64,000 nt of DNA from an uncultured virus (IMG/VR IMGVR_UViG_3300046167_000912) (IMGVR_UViG_3300046167_000912); one strand, 5' to 3'. Counted from the stretch's first letter, positions 29,654 to 39,827 are shown. The notes: generated by a model not told the origin, from the sequence alone. Translations and numbers: made by a program.

Positions 29654-30236
29654 GAAGTGGACTGAAGAGGACATCAGGCTTCTCAAAGCATCTCTCCTTG
29701 TACACCCGATACCTGATGCGGCCAAAGTTTTGGGGCGGACTGTTCTTGCCGTGAAGAAAAAAATGACCCAGATGGGTTTCAAAACCACCAAGAGAGTAGA
29801 GACGATCCGTTCAGATTGGTGGACAGATCGGGAAGTAGAGACCCTTAAAACGTGGTCGGCTAAAGGCTGGTCTGCTAGAAGAATTGCTCGGAAGATAGGT
29901 AAGACTGAAAAAGCGGTCAATGTGAAAGCCTCAAACCTGAGAGTCTCTTTGAACCACCAATCATGGTCAGAGAGCGAGGTTGAACTACTCATACAGATGT
30001 ATAACGAAGGTGCGTCTATGAGAGATATCTCAGGTCACTTCGAAAGGTCTGTGTCTGCTTGTGAAAACAAAGTTAAGAGACTCTGTCTAAAAAGGTCTTC
30101 CGAGTGGTCTAGGGAAGATGTCGAGACGCTTTTCAGACTAAAAGCTGGAGGTGAGTCTTGGGACAAGATCGCTTCAGAACTAGGTCGTAAGAGACACGCG
30201 GTCATGAAAAAGTACCACCGAGAAAAACAGGCGTAA
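29646..30236 (+). CDS. Protein with four Myb/GcrA-like HTH repeats
   Basis: KWTEEDIRLL, WWTDREVETL, SWSESEVELL, EWSREDVETL, each followed by an IA..LGR-like turn. Confidence 0.8.
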   Translation: MSKKWTEEDIRLLKASLLVHPIPDAAKVLGRTVLAVKKKMTQMGFKTTKRVETIRSDWWTDREVETLKTWSAKGWSARRIARKIGKTEKAVNVKASNLRVSLNHQSWSESEVELLIQMYNEGASMRDISGHFERSVSACENKVKRLCLKRSSEWSREDVETLFRLKAGGESWDKIASELGRKRHAVMKKYHREKQA

Positions 30237-30253
30237 GTTTGCTTTCTTGTGCC

Positions 30254-31258
30254 TTAAGTCGCGAAGCCCTCGACTACGGGGAACATAGGGTCGTCAGGGT
30301 CTAAAGCTCCACCTGCCCCCAAGAGTGATTCTTTAATGTGGCGGTAAAGCTTACTCGAAATCTTCAGAGTTCCCTCGTAAATCTTCTTAAGGATATAGTA
30401 GATAGCCTTAAGAGGAAACTCAATAAGAATCTTACCAGGTAATCTCAGGGTTTGGAAGCTAAGCCATGCCATTGCTACGGCTGTATAATAGACAGCTACG
30501 CCAATACCTAAGACTTTGATTACTGCCATCAGCCCGAAGGTTGCTGTGCTTTTAACAAGGGCGGCCTTCAAGAGCCCCAAAGCCATGCCCCCTGCGTAGG
30601 TAATCAAACCCCAAGCCTTGTTTAAAGTAAAGTAGATCGCAGTCCAGAGTTTACCTGTCGGCAAGTTCGGTGTGATAAAAGACCAAACCCAAGATAAGCC
30701 GACGCCAATATAATGGGAGAGTTGAGAGAGGACACTCCCTGAAAGGCTCAGAGCTTTCTCTAACACCAGAGCTTGCCCTGCCGAGGATTCTCTTGAGTGT
30801 GATGCCTTTCTTACAGCAAGGCTTCTATTGTCTCTGACGTACCAAAGGAGGACAAGAGCCATTGTCTCGGTCTCGACACCGACGACCCTCGCCATTTTTG
30901 CGACATCTTGTTTTTGGTAAGCCTTCGAGAACCTGCCAAGTATGTCCCCAGCCTCCCCTACAGACTTTGCCCTTGAGCAAGCTTCTGCGACCATCTTTTG
31001 TATGGGGTCTTTGGGGTCATATTTAGATTGACCGAGAGCTTTGGCAAAAGAGTCAATTGTTTTCAGACCGAGCTTCTTTTGAAGGAAAGCCAGACCTGCT
31101 AGGCCCTCATTGGAGATATCTTTCTTCTCTTTCTCTGCCTGACTTTGAAGGAAAGCTTTCGCCACAGGCTCTTTAGCCTTGTCGAATAAGGCTGACCTTT
31201 TCTGCATACGTCCAAGATGGGTATTCGCAACCCTATTTATACTTGCTTGCCTGTTCAT
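30254..31258 (-). CDS. Tagged multi-TM protein (paralog of 42608..44014)
   Basis: MNRQASINRVANTHL...KRSA; shared block MARVVGV...LLWYVRD. Confidence 0.8.
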   Translation of the reverse strand: MNRQASINRVANTHLGRMQKRSALFDKAKEPVAKAFLQSQAEKEKKDISNEGLAGLAFLQKKLGLKTIDSFAKALGQSKYDPKDPIQKMVAEACSRAKSVGEAGDILGRFSKAYQKQDVAKMARVVGVETETMALVLLWYVRDNRSLAVRKASHSRESSAGQALVLEKALSLSGSVLSQLSHYIGVGLSWVWSFITPNLPTGKLWTAIYFTLNKAWGLITYAGGMALGLLKAALVKSTATFGLMAVIKVLGIGVAVYYTAVAMAWLSFQTLRLPGKILIEFPLKAIYYILKKIYEGTLKISSKLYRHIKESLLGAGGALDPDDPMFPVVEGFAT

Positions 31259-31263
31259 TTTTC

Positions 31264-31776
31264 TTATCTCAACTTTCGTTCTACCATCAAAACAACATCA
31301 CCAGAACTATTCGGGTTTGATCTTGTTAAGGATCTCCAAACCCTTAGAGCTGAATCGCTTGTAGTCCTAGTATTGCAGTAGTTAGGGATAAAAAACATTG
31401 GTGTTCTAGACTCTTTCCTAACTAAGTTGGCGAGTTCTTTGTACATTTGAAGACCTAGCTTTTTTGAACGATACTCCTCATCAACACTGCTCTCTAATAT
31501 TTCAAATACAGGGATCTCATCGTGCCATTCAGCATCCTGATACCATAGCTCATAAAGAGCTAACATATCTTCAGAACAGGCATAGCCTGAGAGTTCTTCT
31601 AAAGTATGGATTCCGTACCTGCCCTCTACAAAACCAATCAGTTCAACCGAAGCCGATTGCTTGATTATAATCTCTATCGAATGAGTTGCGTCATGATTCT
31701 CAAAGTCTTCCGTTTCTACGAACTCAATCTTTGGACTAGCATATCTTAAAGCTACTCTTTGTGCTTGCTTGTTCAT
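31264..31776 (-). CDS. Tagged GNAT-fold-like protein
   Basis: MNKQAQRVALRYAS; motif A-like VDEEYRSKKLGLQMY; SDSALRVWRSL. Confidence 0.7.
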   Translation of the reverse strand: MNKQAQRVALRYASPKIEFVETEDFENHDATHSIEIIIKQSASVELIGFVEGRYGIHTLEELSGYACSEDMLALYELWYQDAEWHDEIPVFEILESSVDEEYRSKKLGLQMYKELANLVRKESRTPMFFIPNYCNTRTTSDSALRVWRSLTRSNPNSSGDVVLMVERKLR

Positions 31777-31779
31777 CGT

Positions 31780-32283
31780 TTACCCCCTATTGCGGATTCT
31801 GTTTTTAGCGATCTCTCTCGCATTACTATCTTGCCTTTTTCGGGTTGACTTAGGATCATCAAACTCAAATTCAAGAGCTGGTGCAAATACGAATCCGACT
31901 AAAAGGTATACGATATCACCCCCCATTAAGAGATAACCGACAGCACCTAATAGAGCGAGAAGAATGCCTAAGATTATGGCTAAGATTAGGACGGATTTGC
32001 CAAACTTGTAGACTCGCTTTATGGAGAACGAGAAGTAGCCCCAAAGTTTCCTAATAGAAGATTTCTCAGGGGCATCTTCAACGAGCTTCATAAACTCTTT
32101 ATCTTTTTTTAGACGCTTGACCTGCGTGGCGATTTGATCCTCGGTAGCACCTTGAAGTAATGCCTGTGCTGAACGAGGTAAATAAGACATGATCTCAGTC
32201 ATTATCTTCTTGGCCTTGAAGAATGCCCCTTCTTCCATTTTAGCGATCTTAAGACTTGCTACTCTTTGTGCTTGCTTGTTCAC
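31780..32283 (-). CDS. Tagged membrane protein (paralog of 4507..5034)
   Basis: MNKQAQRVAS; SIRKLWGYF; long hydrophobic segment; NAREIAKNR. Confidence 0.8.
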   Translation of the reverse strand: MNKQAQRVASLKIAKMEEGAFFKAKKIMTEIMSYLPRSAQALLQGATEDQIATQVKRLKKDKEFMKLVEDAPEKSSIRKLWGYFSFSIKRVYKFGKSVLILAIILGILLALLGAVGYLLMGGDIVYLLVGFVFAPALEFEFDDPKSTRKRQDSNAREIAKNRIRNRG

Positions 32284-32651
32284 CGCTTACCCCCATCATA
32301 GGCTTTAGCATGACCCATACGAATCATCTCGTCATTAAGTGATTCACCTAGATCACTCATGTGGTCTTCATAAGACCATAGAACACCTAGCCATCGACCA
32401 AACTTGCCTTTTTTAACAGTGTGTACGACCACTGTTTTCCCCTCTATTCGTGACTTTAGGTAGTCTTTGGCTTCGTATCCACGCTTCTTTTCTTCAAGGT
32501 CTTTAGTTCGTATTTCTGGTGTATCAATACCAATCATCCTCACCTTGACTCTAGCAAAGTGCTTCATGCCTTGGTCAATCATTAAGGTAACTGTATCTCC
32601 GTCATAAACGGATAGGACTTCTGCTTTGTAGTGGTAGAGATTGAGTGACAT
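32280..32651 (-). CDS. Thermonuclease (staphylococcal nuclease-like)
   Basis: VYDGDTV, RMIGIDTPE, KFGRWLG, LNDEMIRMGHA. Confidence 0.92.
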   Translation of the reverse strand: MSLNLYHYKAEVLSVYDGDTVTLMIDQGMKHFARVKVRMIGIDTPEIRTKDLEEKKRGYEAKDYLKSRIEGKTVVVHTVKKGKFGRWLGVLWSYEDHMSDLGESLNDEMIRMGHAKAYDGGKR

Positions 32652-33070
32652 TACTCTTCCTCCTCTGCGTTGGGGGTTTCATCAACACCTAGAGATTTCT
32701 TGACTTTAGCCTTGAACATCTTGATAACAAAGGCATTCAAAGCCCCCGCAGAAGCTCCAAGGTAGACATCAATCATCTCAAATGGGTCTGATAGGGTATA
32801 CGCGATCATGGCTCCTGTAAGTACAGCAAAGAGTCGGACTACCGCGTCAGATTTCTCGGTGTAATTTTTCCAAATGAACGGCTTGACGGTCTGTGTGAGA
32901 GCCAAGCTCAAGATCGCAGAAATCACTACAAGGTAGGCGTGTCCTAGAAAGATGTCTGATTCGCTGTGGAAGTTAACAAGGGTCTCAGATTTAACCTCAC
33001 AGATAGTTTGACCCTCAATCACTTCACACTCTTCTGGCTCTGGCCCGATTCGCACAACTTTAGCCATCAT
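32651..33070 (-). CDS. Small multi-TM protein, possible holin
   Basis: 2-3 hydrophobic helices and a charged C-terminus. Confidence 0.5.
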   Translation of the reverse strand: MMAKVVRIGPEPEECEVIEGQTICEVKSETLVNFHSESDIFLGHAYLVVISAILSLALTQTVKPFIWKNYTEKSDAVVRLFAVLTGAMIAYTLSDPFEMIDVYLGASAGALNAFVIKMFKAKVKKSLGVDETPNAEEEE

Positions 33071-33579
33071 GAGTTAACGGGGCTTTCTAATACGGCGATA
33101 CAGTCTCCAGATGAAGGGTACTTCCTTGCTAATGATGTCCATACCCGCTTAGCATCGCCTGATGTCTTACCCGAGATGCAGTAGTGCGGGACAAATATGA
33201 ACGGCTTACGTCCATTATCTTCCCAGCCCTCTCTCATACACTCTAGATATAGGCGTTTACCTATCCCTCGACCATGAAATTCTGGACTTAGGTCACTTTC
33301 GTGCATGATAAGAATAGACACCCTCTCTCTTTTTTCAAGTGAAGGGAAATACCTGATCAAATTCTTAACGTCGGTGATGCAAGAAGCGTTCGTCAGAGCG
33401 TTCGGCTTGGAGAGATCGAAAGATTTCAGTCTAGCATTGATGAAACCAAGCTCTGATTGAAGATTAGAGCCTCTGTATAGCACCACGTAGAAGTGGTCTT
33501 TGTCGTCGTCTTCTCGAACATAAACAAAGTCCGAAGACCTTTTTAGATATCGGGGAGACACTCTAGGGTGAGGTTTCAT
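33067..33579 (-). CDS. GNAT-fold-like protein (paralog of 31264..31776)
   Basis: LSPEFHGRGIGKRLY; FVPHYC; TSGDAKRVWTSL; SSGD. Confidence 0.75.
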   Translation of the reverse strand: MKPHPRVSPRYLKRSSDFVYVREDDDKDHFYVVLYRGSNLQSELGFINARLKSFDLSKPNALTNASCITDVKNLIRYFPSLEKRERVSILIMHESDLSPEFHGRGIGKRLYLECMREGWEDNGRKPFIFVPHYCISGKTSGDAKRVWTSLARKYPSSGDCIAVLESPVNS

Positions 33580-33950
33580 GGCTTCTTGACCTTCTTTACA
33601 GGTCGCATCCTCGCCTTTCTCTCATAGAATGTTAGAAAGGCGAGGAGGTTTTCGTGGCTCATCTCTTCATCTGCACCCGTGGCGAATGCATACACAAAGA
33701 AGTCCTGCATAGGATCTTTTTTAGGATCCCTATAGATTCCTACCTCTACAAGGTATCTTTCACCTCGCCACTCTACCGTGTTCGTAATACCTCGACCTTT
33801 TATGTCGAAGACCTCTCGCAAAGAACCTGGCTGACTGCCGAAAAGACCACCTCTGTAGAAGTGGGTGATCGAAGGGAATCTAGTCTTAAGACTATTAGCC
33901 TGCTCTTTTTTGTCGAGCCAATTGTAAATTGCTTGTTTTCTGCGACTCAT
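33576..33950 (-). CDS. Hypothetical protein with short basic leader
   Basis: MSRRKQA; AAGGAG SD; TA-N5-TYTAT motif at 33980-33991. Confidence 0.7.
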   Translation of the reverse strand: MSRRKQAIYNWLDKKEQANSLKTRFPSITHFYRGGLFGSQPGSLREVFDIKGRGITNTVEWRGERYLVEVGIYRDPKKDPMQDFFVYAFATGADEEMSHENLLAFLTFYERKARMRPVKKVKKP

Positions 33951-33998
33951 ATACGCTCTCCTTTTTTTTGCGGGGAGCTATAAAAAGACTATCGAATA

Positions 33999-34397
33999 TC
34001 AGTAAGGCAAGGCTTTCTTGACTTTACGGACGAAGTCTCGGTCAGGGATCTTGCTGTCGCAACCGCTTTCTTGTTTATGTAGAATGTGAAAGACCCTGAC
34101 TCATATAAATCGCCGATACCGTACTCAAAGGGGTCGCGGTAAATGTCATTCTCTAGGAATGTGATCTCGTAGCTCACCGTCGCCCCCCCGAAGACCATAG
34201 CCTGTGAATGTTGCTTTCACTTGGTTTGACTTTCGATTTAACTTCTCAGGGGGGCTTAGTGAAGCTCCTGTTTTATTGATCTCGTTGATGATATCAATAG
34301 CCCTGCTCTGTGAGCTTTTGAAGAAGTCCATAGTAGTGGAGGATCTTCTCTCTAAACGGGCTAGTCTCATGCTCAACTATCTTATTTTCTTGTTCAT
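33999..34397 (-). pseudogene. Disrupted tagged gene
   Basis: MNKKIR*LSMRLARLERRSS (TAG 34377-34379); G7 frameshift at 34183-34189; probable further shift before DFVRKVKKALPY* (TGA 33999). Confidence 0.65.
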
Positions 34398-34485
34398 TCT
34401 TTCTCTTTCTTGGGCATCTATTATCAGACAGCCGTGTAGAACCGAGATGTAAATAAACAAACAAAAACCCCGCCCCCTTTAGTGC

Positions 34486-35488
34486 CTACTTGCGAAGGTC
34501 TCTCTTCAGCTCTCGGATCTCTCTCTGGAGTTCTCTATTCATCTGAGAAGCGACGCGGACCTGTGAAGCTCTGCGACCCCTACTGAAGAGTCTCTTCAGA
34601 TAATTAAGACCCTTACCTACAACAGAGTACTTCTCTTCGATCTTGGCCTGCAGGCCGTTGAGGACTTTCCCGTACTCTTTAACATATTCAGGTTGAGCCT
34701 GTAGTGTGCCGACATCGTGAGCGAGAGCTTCCAGCTCTTTGTCTTTCTTAGCTCTGGAGACACGTTTGGTGATGTCTTGGGTTGCCTTGAGTCTCGCCTT
34801 CTCAAGAAGGGAGAAGAAGATATCAAATTTTCCTTCGCTTTCATCAGGCTTCACGGTCTCCCACAGGTGGTCTTTCCGCACTTTTATGATGTCTTCGATC
34901 ACTTCCTCGATGTGCTCAAGATCTGAAGCTCTAAGAATCTCTCCCTTTAATCTCTTGAGTTGTTCTTTTTCTAATATGTTCCCGTACTTCCTTTTTTGAG
35001 AACTTAAATATTTGCGAAGATCGTCTGCTCTAGGTACATACAGGTAATCGTTTGAGAAGAGAAAAGAGAGAAGACGGTCAAGGATTCGTCCTTGTTCCTC
35101 AAAGCTCTTGGCCTCGGCTAAGTCTTGATTGTATTTATCAATATGCTCGTTTACCCAACTGTGTTCGCCTTTGTATTTCATTTTATAGATCCTTCTTGAG
35201 ATCAGAGATCTCTTTGAAATTTGTGTTTTTTAGTTTAGCTTGGAAAAAAGTAGAGTCCTCAAGATCCGCACCCGTGAAATCCGCACCATTACAAGTCGCG
35301 TCATTGAAGCTAGATTCTCTGAGATCTGCTTCGGTAAAGTCGGTATTTGTGAGGTTAGCCATTGTTGCTCTAAAATACCGCAGTACCTTCCCGCTCAAAT
35401 CAGCGTTTGAAAGATCAGGTTTGCGGATATTACGAAGCGACCAAGGACCTTCTTCAAGGAGGGCTTTTACATGATTGGGGTCTGCCAT
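34486..35488 (-). pseudogene. Split pentapeptide-repeat/C-terminal-tag gene (ORFs 35183..35488 and 34486..35181)
   Basis: N-part MADPNHVK + pentapeptides; C-part matches the tail of 1..803; junction CTA TAA A ATG. Confidence 0.7.
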
Positions 35489-35540
35489 AATTATTTTCCT
35501 TATGTTTTTAGATACTAGGTTAAGAAGATATATAAAAACA

Positions 35541-35580
35541 AAAAAAAAAAGCCCCACCCCCCGAATGGGGAGCAGGGCTT
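35541..35580 (-). terminator. Rho-independent terminator, repeated family copy 4
   Basis: Same hairpin as 2870-2904 plus a long T-run. Confidence 0.8.
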
Positions 35581-35666
35581 TCTTTTAGCTGGTCGCGATC
35601 TCTACCCAATAGCAGAGACACATCAGTAACTCCTCAGAGTAAACGCACTCTAGCACTTCAAAACGA

Positions 35667-35855
35667 TTAAGATTCAGTGTTACGGAGATCAAGGACTTCC
35701 TTGCGGATCTCTTTGCTTGAGTTGATTACGCTCTGAAGAGTTTTGCGGACACGGGTTCCAGCAGACTTATTGCCATTCTGCGTCTTGACCGCGTCGTCGT
35801 TGAGTTCGTTGAGTGTAGTTACGAGTGTTGCGATCTTGTCTGATATGTTATCCAT
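35667..35855 (-). CDS. Histone H1-like Hc1 family small protein
   Basis: DAVKTQNGNKSAGTRVRKTLQ...KEIRKEV signature; start ATG 35855 after AAAGGA; TATAAT upstream. Confidence 0.8.
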   Translation of the reverse strand: MDNISDKIATLVTTLNELNDDAVKTQNGNKSAGTRVRKTLQSVINSSKEIRKEVLDLRNTES

Positions 35856-35906
35856 CGGTCGATTCCTTTTCATTCGGGGTTGTTGACGGACATATTATAC
35901 CAAGCC

Positions 35907-36251
35907 CTAGAATGAAATCTCACGTTCCGAATATTTTTTAAACATCTGAGATCGCTCCCAAGATGCCACTTCACTAATCAGCTCGGGGTGACTGAGTGCC
36001 AACCACCTCTTAAGGCTTTCCTTACGAGGCAGTTGAGTCCAGCCTATGTAAATATGACCGTCAGGGTCTAACCAGACTTCCTCCTGGCCATACGCCCTGT
36101 GATTAGTGAAGAGAATAATCAGTCCGTTTCTCTTGACCCAAGACTCAGCATCTTTTAGAGCTTCAGGGTCTCGGTTATAAAAACCTTTAATCAAGTCTGA
36201 GGGCAAGACACAAGAAGGCTTTACCTTACACTTGTAACGGACTTTATTCAT
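35907..36251 (-). CDS. Hypothetical protein
   Basis: 114-aa ORF in a minus-strand operon. Confidence 0.65.
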   Translation of the reverse strand: MNKVRYKCKVKPSCVLPSDLIKGFYNRDPEALKDAESWVKRNGLIILFTNHRAYGQEEVWLDPDGHIYIGWTQLPRKESLKRWLALSHPELISEVASWERSQMFKKYSEREISF

Positions 36252-36254
36252 GTC

Positions 36255-37097
36255 TTAGCAGTACTGCTCAAGCTGGCGAGCAAAGCGAGCTGTATGAGGG
36301 TAAAGAGAAGCCTGCTTCCCAAAGGCGAGCTGGTCAAACTCTTTGATATTGCTATTGTCTCTCCTCAGAGATCCTTCTATGATATTTAACAAGCCCTTCC
36401 CTAAACGACTAAAGATAAAGGGTTTAAAGACGGACATTGCGACGATTGCTACTCCTAAGGGGTTCAAGACGAGAGAAGCCGCGATCGTAGAGAAGCTGAT
36501 CAGCTTCTCAAAGAAATAATAAGTATAATTAAAGTCCATAAGTGTCTTGACCACTCGATAAAGGAGCTTGCTGAACCTCTTGATCTTCTGAAGGAATGTC
36601 ACTTTATCTTTCTCGGAAATCTGACCGTCTTTAAGAATTCTGATAGTGTCTTTAAAATCTTTGTGCCATGAGACATAAGCACCCTTTACGTCTTTACTTG
36701 CTCTTGAGTGACCCAACTTAATTAGGAAAGAAGGAACGTCGCGTAGAGCCATCTCATGTCCACCTACTGAAACTTCCGTAAGCTCAGGAGCACTTGTGTT
36801 GTAATCCCCAACAGACAACACAAATAAAGGGTCGTCGAAAACTATGTTAGAACCAAAAGCAAGGTCAAGCCTAGCCTGTAAGTTGTCCCTTAAAGCAGTT
36901 TTTACGAGCTCTTCCTTCTTTCGGGCGTCACTCGGAGAGATCTTGAAGTAACTTGACACATCTGACCCAATCATTTTAAGTTTGTTGATAAAGGTCTTCG
37001 GGATGTTCTTGATTTGCTGGAATATTCCAGCTTCGCGTTCGAGATGAGCTATCCTCGTCTCGAGTCTTCTGATTTCTTGTGCTGATGTTTTGTTCAT
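36255..37097 (-). CDS. Tagged putative membrane protein
   Basis: MNKTSAQEIRRLETRIAHLEREA; C-terminal KQAS; similarity to 37109..38389. Confidence 0.8.
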   Translation of the reverse strand: MNKTSAQEIRRLETRIAHLEREAGIFQQIKNIPKTFINKLKMIGSDVSSYFKISPSDARKKEELVKTALRDNLQARLDLAFGSNIVFDDPLFVLSVGDYNTSAPELTEVSVGGHEMALRDVPSFLIKLGHSRASKDVKGAYVSWHKDFKDTIRILKDGQISEKDKVTFLQKIKRFSKLLYRVVKTLMDFNYTYYFFEKLISFSTIAASLVLNPLGVAIVAMSVFKPFIFSRLGKGLLNIIEGSLRRDNSNIKEFDQLAFGKQASLYPHTARFARQLEQYC

Positions 37098-37108
37098 AGT
37101 GATTCCTT

Positions 37109-38389
37109 TTAGTGTCGAGGAGAGGGGGAAGGGTTTGAGAGCCGAAACTCTGCGGAGTAGAAAGCTTGGTTTAACCTATCTAAAGATAGTTTCATGCGGA
37201 TGTCGTCGCGGAAATCAGAATGGACAGACTTCTGACTTGGGTTGACGTAGACCCGCAAGGGTCGAAGTCCTTTTACGGGAGCTATACCCATTTTATTGTA
37301 GTTAGGGAGGAACTCGATAATTACTGAGTTCTTATCTCGGGGATTCATGCCTCTCGAAAGGTTATTCCTCAAATGCCGACCGAATAAAATAGAACTCAAG
37401 GAAGCAGATCTGACTTTCTCCTTATTCTGGGAAATATGCCCCTTGAAAAAATAAGTCCTCTTTCTAGCCTTGAAGGAAAGCTGTATGTCGTTTACAGAAC
37501 GGACATCCACATTAGCTTTTTTATGGTGGTTCTTAAGGAGATCTTCGACCTCTCCTAGATCTATCTTCCCTGTCAAGAAGTCAAATACCTTTGCTTGCTT
37601 CGCTAGGCCTCTCTCTTCGTGAGACACTAAAAACCTATTGACTTCGGGGAACTCCGCAGAGGTCTTTGAAATGCTGTCAAACTTATCAATGTTAACCTTT
37701 CTCTTAGAGAAGGCCGACTCGACGAGCTTTAAGATCTTGTAGGCAAGAACAGGCATCGTTAGCGTGAGTAAGGTGCCTGTTAATTGGGAGTTACTCACCA
37801 TATAAGACATAGTACCAAACTTAGAGAGGTTGTAGAAGATACCTGAGATCTCTTGGAGGATGACGGCGACAGCCGCAAAGTTAGCCGCTGTGCTTAAGAG
37901 CCTCCAGAGTAACTTGTAAGTACGAATCTTACCCATCATATAAAGAAAAGTTCTTTTGTTCCCTTTGGTCTTCCCAGATCCTTTGTTCAACAGGTCAAGA
38001 TCTTTAGCGTAGTCTTTCAGCCAAGAGATATACCCTGCTTTGATATCCTGAACAATGCCAGCTCTACCTTTTAGACGAAGTTCAGGTGTGTCATACACAG
38101 AAGGTAGCTCTCTCAAAGTGTAGAGCGTGTTCTCCACCTTAAATGCGGTTTCCATAGGATCTTTGGGGTCAAACTCTACCAATCGAGGGTAGTTGATTGA
38201 GTCCGCGAACACGCTCTTATCCATAGCACTTGTAATTCGATCTTCTAGTTGACCTGCTAAGACACGATAAGCCAACTCTCTATCCGCGTCTAAAGACATA
38301 GTCAAGTGAGCGAGAACATCTTTGAATGCGACCCTCAATTTCCGAACTAAGTTGAAAGGGTTACTTGCTTTTCTGTGTTGTTTACGCAT
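37109..38389 (-). CDS. Tagged putative membrane protein with internal K/R-x-A(S) sites
   Basis: MRKQHRKAS; KTSA, KQA, RSAS; AAGGAGG SD; promoter motif 38420-38431. Confidence 0.8.
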   Translation of the reverse strand: MRKQHRKASNPFNLVRKLRVAFKDVLAHLTMSLDADRELAYRVLAGQLEDRITSAMDKSVFADSINYPRLVEFDPKDPMETAFKVENTLYTLRELPSVYDTPELRLKGRAGIVQDIKAGYISWLKDYAKDLDLLNKGSGKTKGNKRTFLYMMGKIRTYKLLWRLLSTAANFAAVAVILQEISGIFYNLSKFGTMSYMVSNSQLTGTLLTLTMPVLAYKILKLVESAFSKRKVNIDKFDSISKTSAEFPEVNRFLVSHEERGLAKQAKVFDFLTGKIDLGEVEDLLKNHHKKANVDVRSVNDIQLSFKARKRTYFFKGHISQNKEKVRSASLSSILFGRHLRNNLSRGMNPRDKNSVIIEFLPNYNKMGIAPVKGLRPLRVYVNPSQKSVHSDFRDDIRMKLSLDRLNQAFYSAEFRLSNPSPSPRH

Positions 38390-38431
38390 GGTGTGCCTCC
38401 TTTTTTCACCTCGTCACATATAAAAAGACTA

Positions 38432-38983
38432 TTAACCCCCCATCTTGAACTTCCCCCCGACAGAGACTTCTGACGTAACCGCCCAGGGATCTATTTTAAC
38501 GGCAGGCTTTGCTGGAACACCACCTCCCAAAGAGATTGAGTGTGGTGCGGTATTGAATGGACTGCTCTCTATTATCGGGGATGTCGGTATTGGAGATGTC
38601 GGTATTGGAGAGGGTTCAAGGTTAACAATCGTAGCATCAGACTGAGAAGGCTTAGGCTCTTCAATCAAGACGAGAGGCTCAGGCTCTTTCGCCTGACCCC
38701 AGACTTCAATCGTTTGAGGCTCATGGAAGACCTCGAAGTCTGAGACCCCCTCCCACTTACTTGAGTCCTGTTGCCTAACTAGGTTAGGGTTGAGGAGTAA
38801 TCTATCTACTTGAGTGAGTATTCTCTTGTCCCAAGTAGAGAATGCCCAGCTTGCCCGAACACACTCTCTATTTTTACACTGCTGACAGAATACTTCTTCA
38901 AATTGCTCTGCTGTCATTCCAGAAGAGCCATCGTTACACTGTAGATATAAATCTTTGTTAGGCTTCATGCTCACACCTCTCAT
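38432..38983 (-). CDS. Cys-rich hypothetical protein
   Basis: C...FCQQCKNREC; Pro-rich tail. Confidence 0.7.
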   Translation of the reverse strand: MRGVSMKPNKDLYLQCNDGSSGMTAEQFEEVFCQQCKNRECVRASWAFSTWDKRILTQVDRLLLNPNLVRQQDSSKWEGVSDFEVFHEPQTIEVWGQAKEPEPLVLIEEPKPSQSDATIVNLEPSPIPTSPIPTSPIIESSPFNTAPHSISLGGGVPAKPAVKIDPWAVTSEVSVGGKFKMGG

Positions 38984-39042
38984 TCTTTGTAGGGTATCTA
39001 TACCTCGCTAATAAAAGTACAACTACACAAAGGAGAATAACA

Positions 39043-39561
39043 GTGAGAAGATCAGCAAGCGAGGTCATCAGAGACCTTGAAGTGCGAATAGCCAGTCTTG
39101 AGAAGCACAAAGAACAGAAGATTCTCGAATCGGTAGAAAAGTTTAAGAGCCTCTACAAAGATGGCTTTCTCGATAGACCTACCTATCAGATCCAAATGGT
39201 AAAAATGAGAGAGAAGCTCAAGAAGGTCAGGGAGGCTGACCCCTCTTGGCCTGTGGTCGGGGATATTCTCTACTCTTCATGGGGATACAACATGACACAT
39301 GTAGACTTCTACAAGGTTATAAAAGTGAGCCCTAGTGGAAAAACTATATCTCTACAGGAGCTCCATAGTGAAATTGTAGAGGGAAACGCGGGCTACAGAG
39401 GTTATGTCATGCCTTCAAATAAGGAGAACCGCTCGGAGAAGCCCATCCTGAATAAGAGAGTCTCCCCTACAGGCCTGCTTGGTTACTCTATTAAAGTTGA
39501 CGGTCATGTTAATGCTTATAAGTGGGACGGTAAGAAGAAATACTTCAATCGCATGGATTGA
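39043..39561 (+). CDS. Tagged phage hypothetical protein
   Basis: MRRSASEVIRDLEVRIASLEK; VGDILYSSWGYNMTHVDFYKV block; AAGGAG SD. Confidence 0.8.
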   Translation: MRRSASEVIRDLEVRIASLEKHKEQKILESVEKFKSLYKDGFLDRPTYQIQMVKMREKLKKVREADPSWPVVGDILYSSWGYNMTHVDFYKVIKVSPSGKTISLQELHSEIVEGNAGYRGYVMPSNKENRSEKPILNKRVSPTGLLGYSIKVDGHVNAYKWDGKKKYFNRMD

Positions 39562-39737
39562 ACTCCAAGAAAGGCTTAAAGTGAGAAGGCTATCTAAAGT
39601 AGAGCGTGTACAATTTGAAGGCAGAAACTTGTCTCTTAATACTATCAAGTCATATGCAGGGAACAAGAAGCCCCTCGAAGTCTTTCGCTGAAGGCTTTAA
39701 TCAAGCCGCAGACTTCGAGCCAGAGAAGCTCAAAAAC

Positions 39738-39805
39738 AAAAAAAGCCTCTACTACGAGAGTTGCATATCTTCATTACAGAAGGGTTATGTCTCGTAGTAG
39801 AGGCT
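39738..39805 (-). terminator. Long hairpin terminator
   Basis: Perfect 16-bp IR 39744-39759/39790-39805 followed by a T-run on the minus strand. Confidence 0.75.
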
Positions 39806-39827
39806 ATTAAGTGGGCGGGAGGGGTTC

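Noticed and set aside
2969..34379. TAG recoding suggested by in-frame TAGs at 34377 and 2969
   Set aside because: TAG ends genes exactly where paralogs end with TAA (4507 vs 31780; 34486 vs 1493), and very long ORFs are intact in the standard code
39562..39800. Short overlapping ORFs between 39561 and the 39744 hairpin
   Set aside because: No single convincing frame; possibly a decayed gene but not supportable
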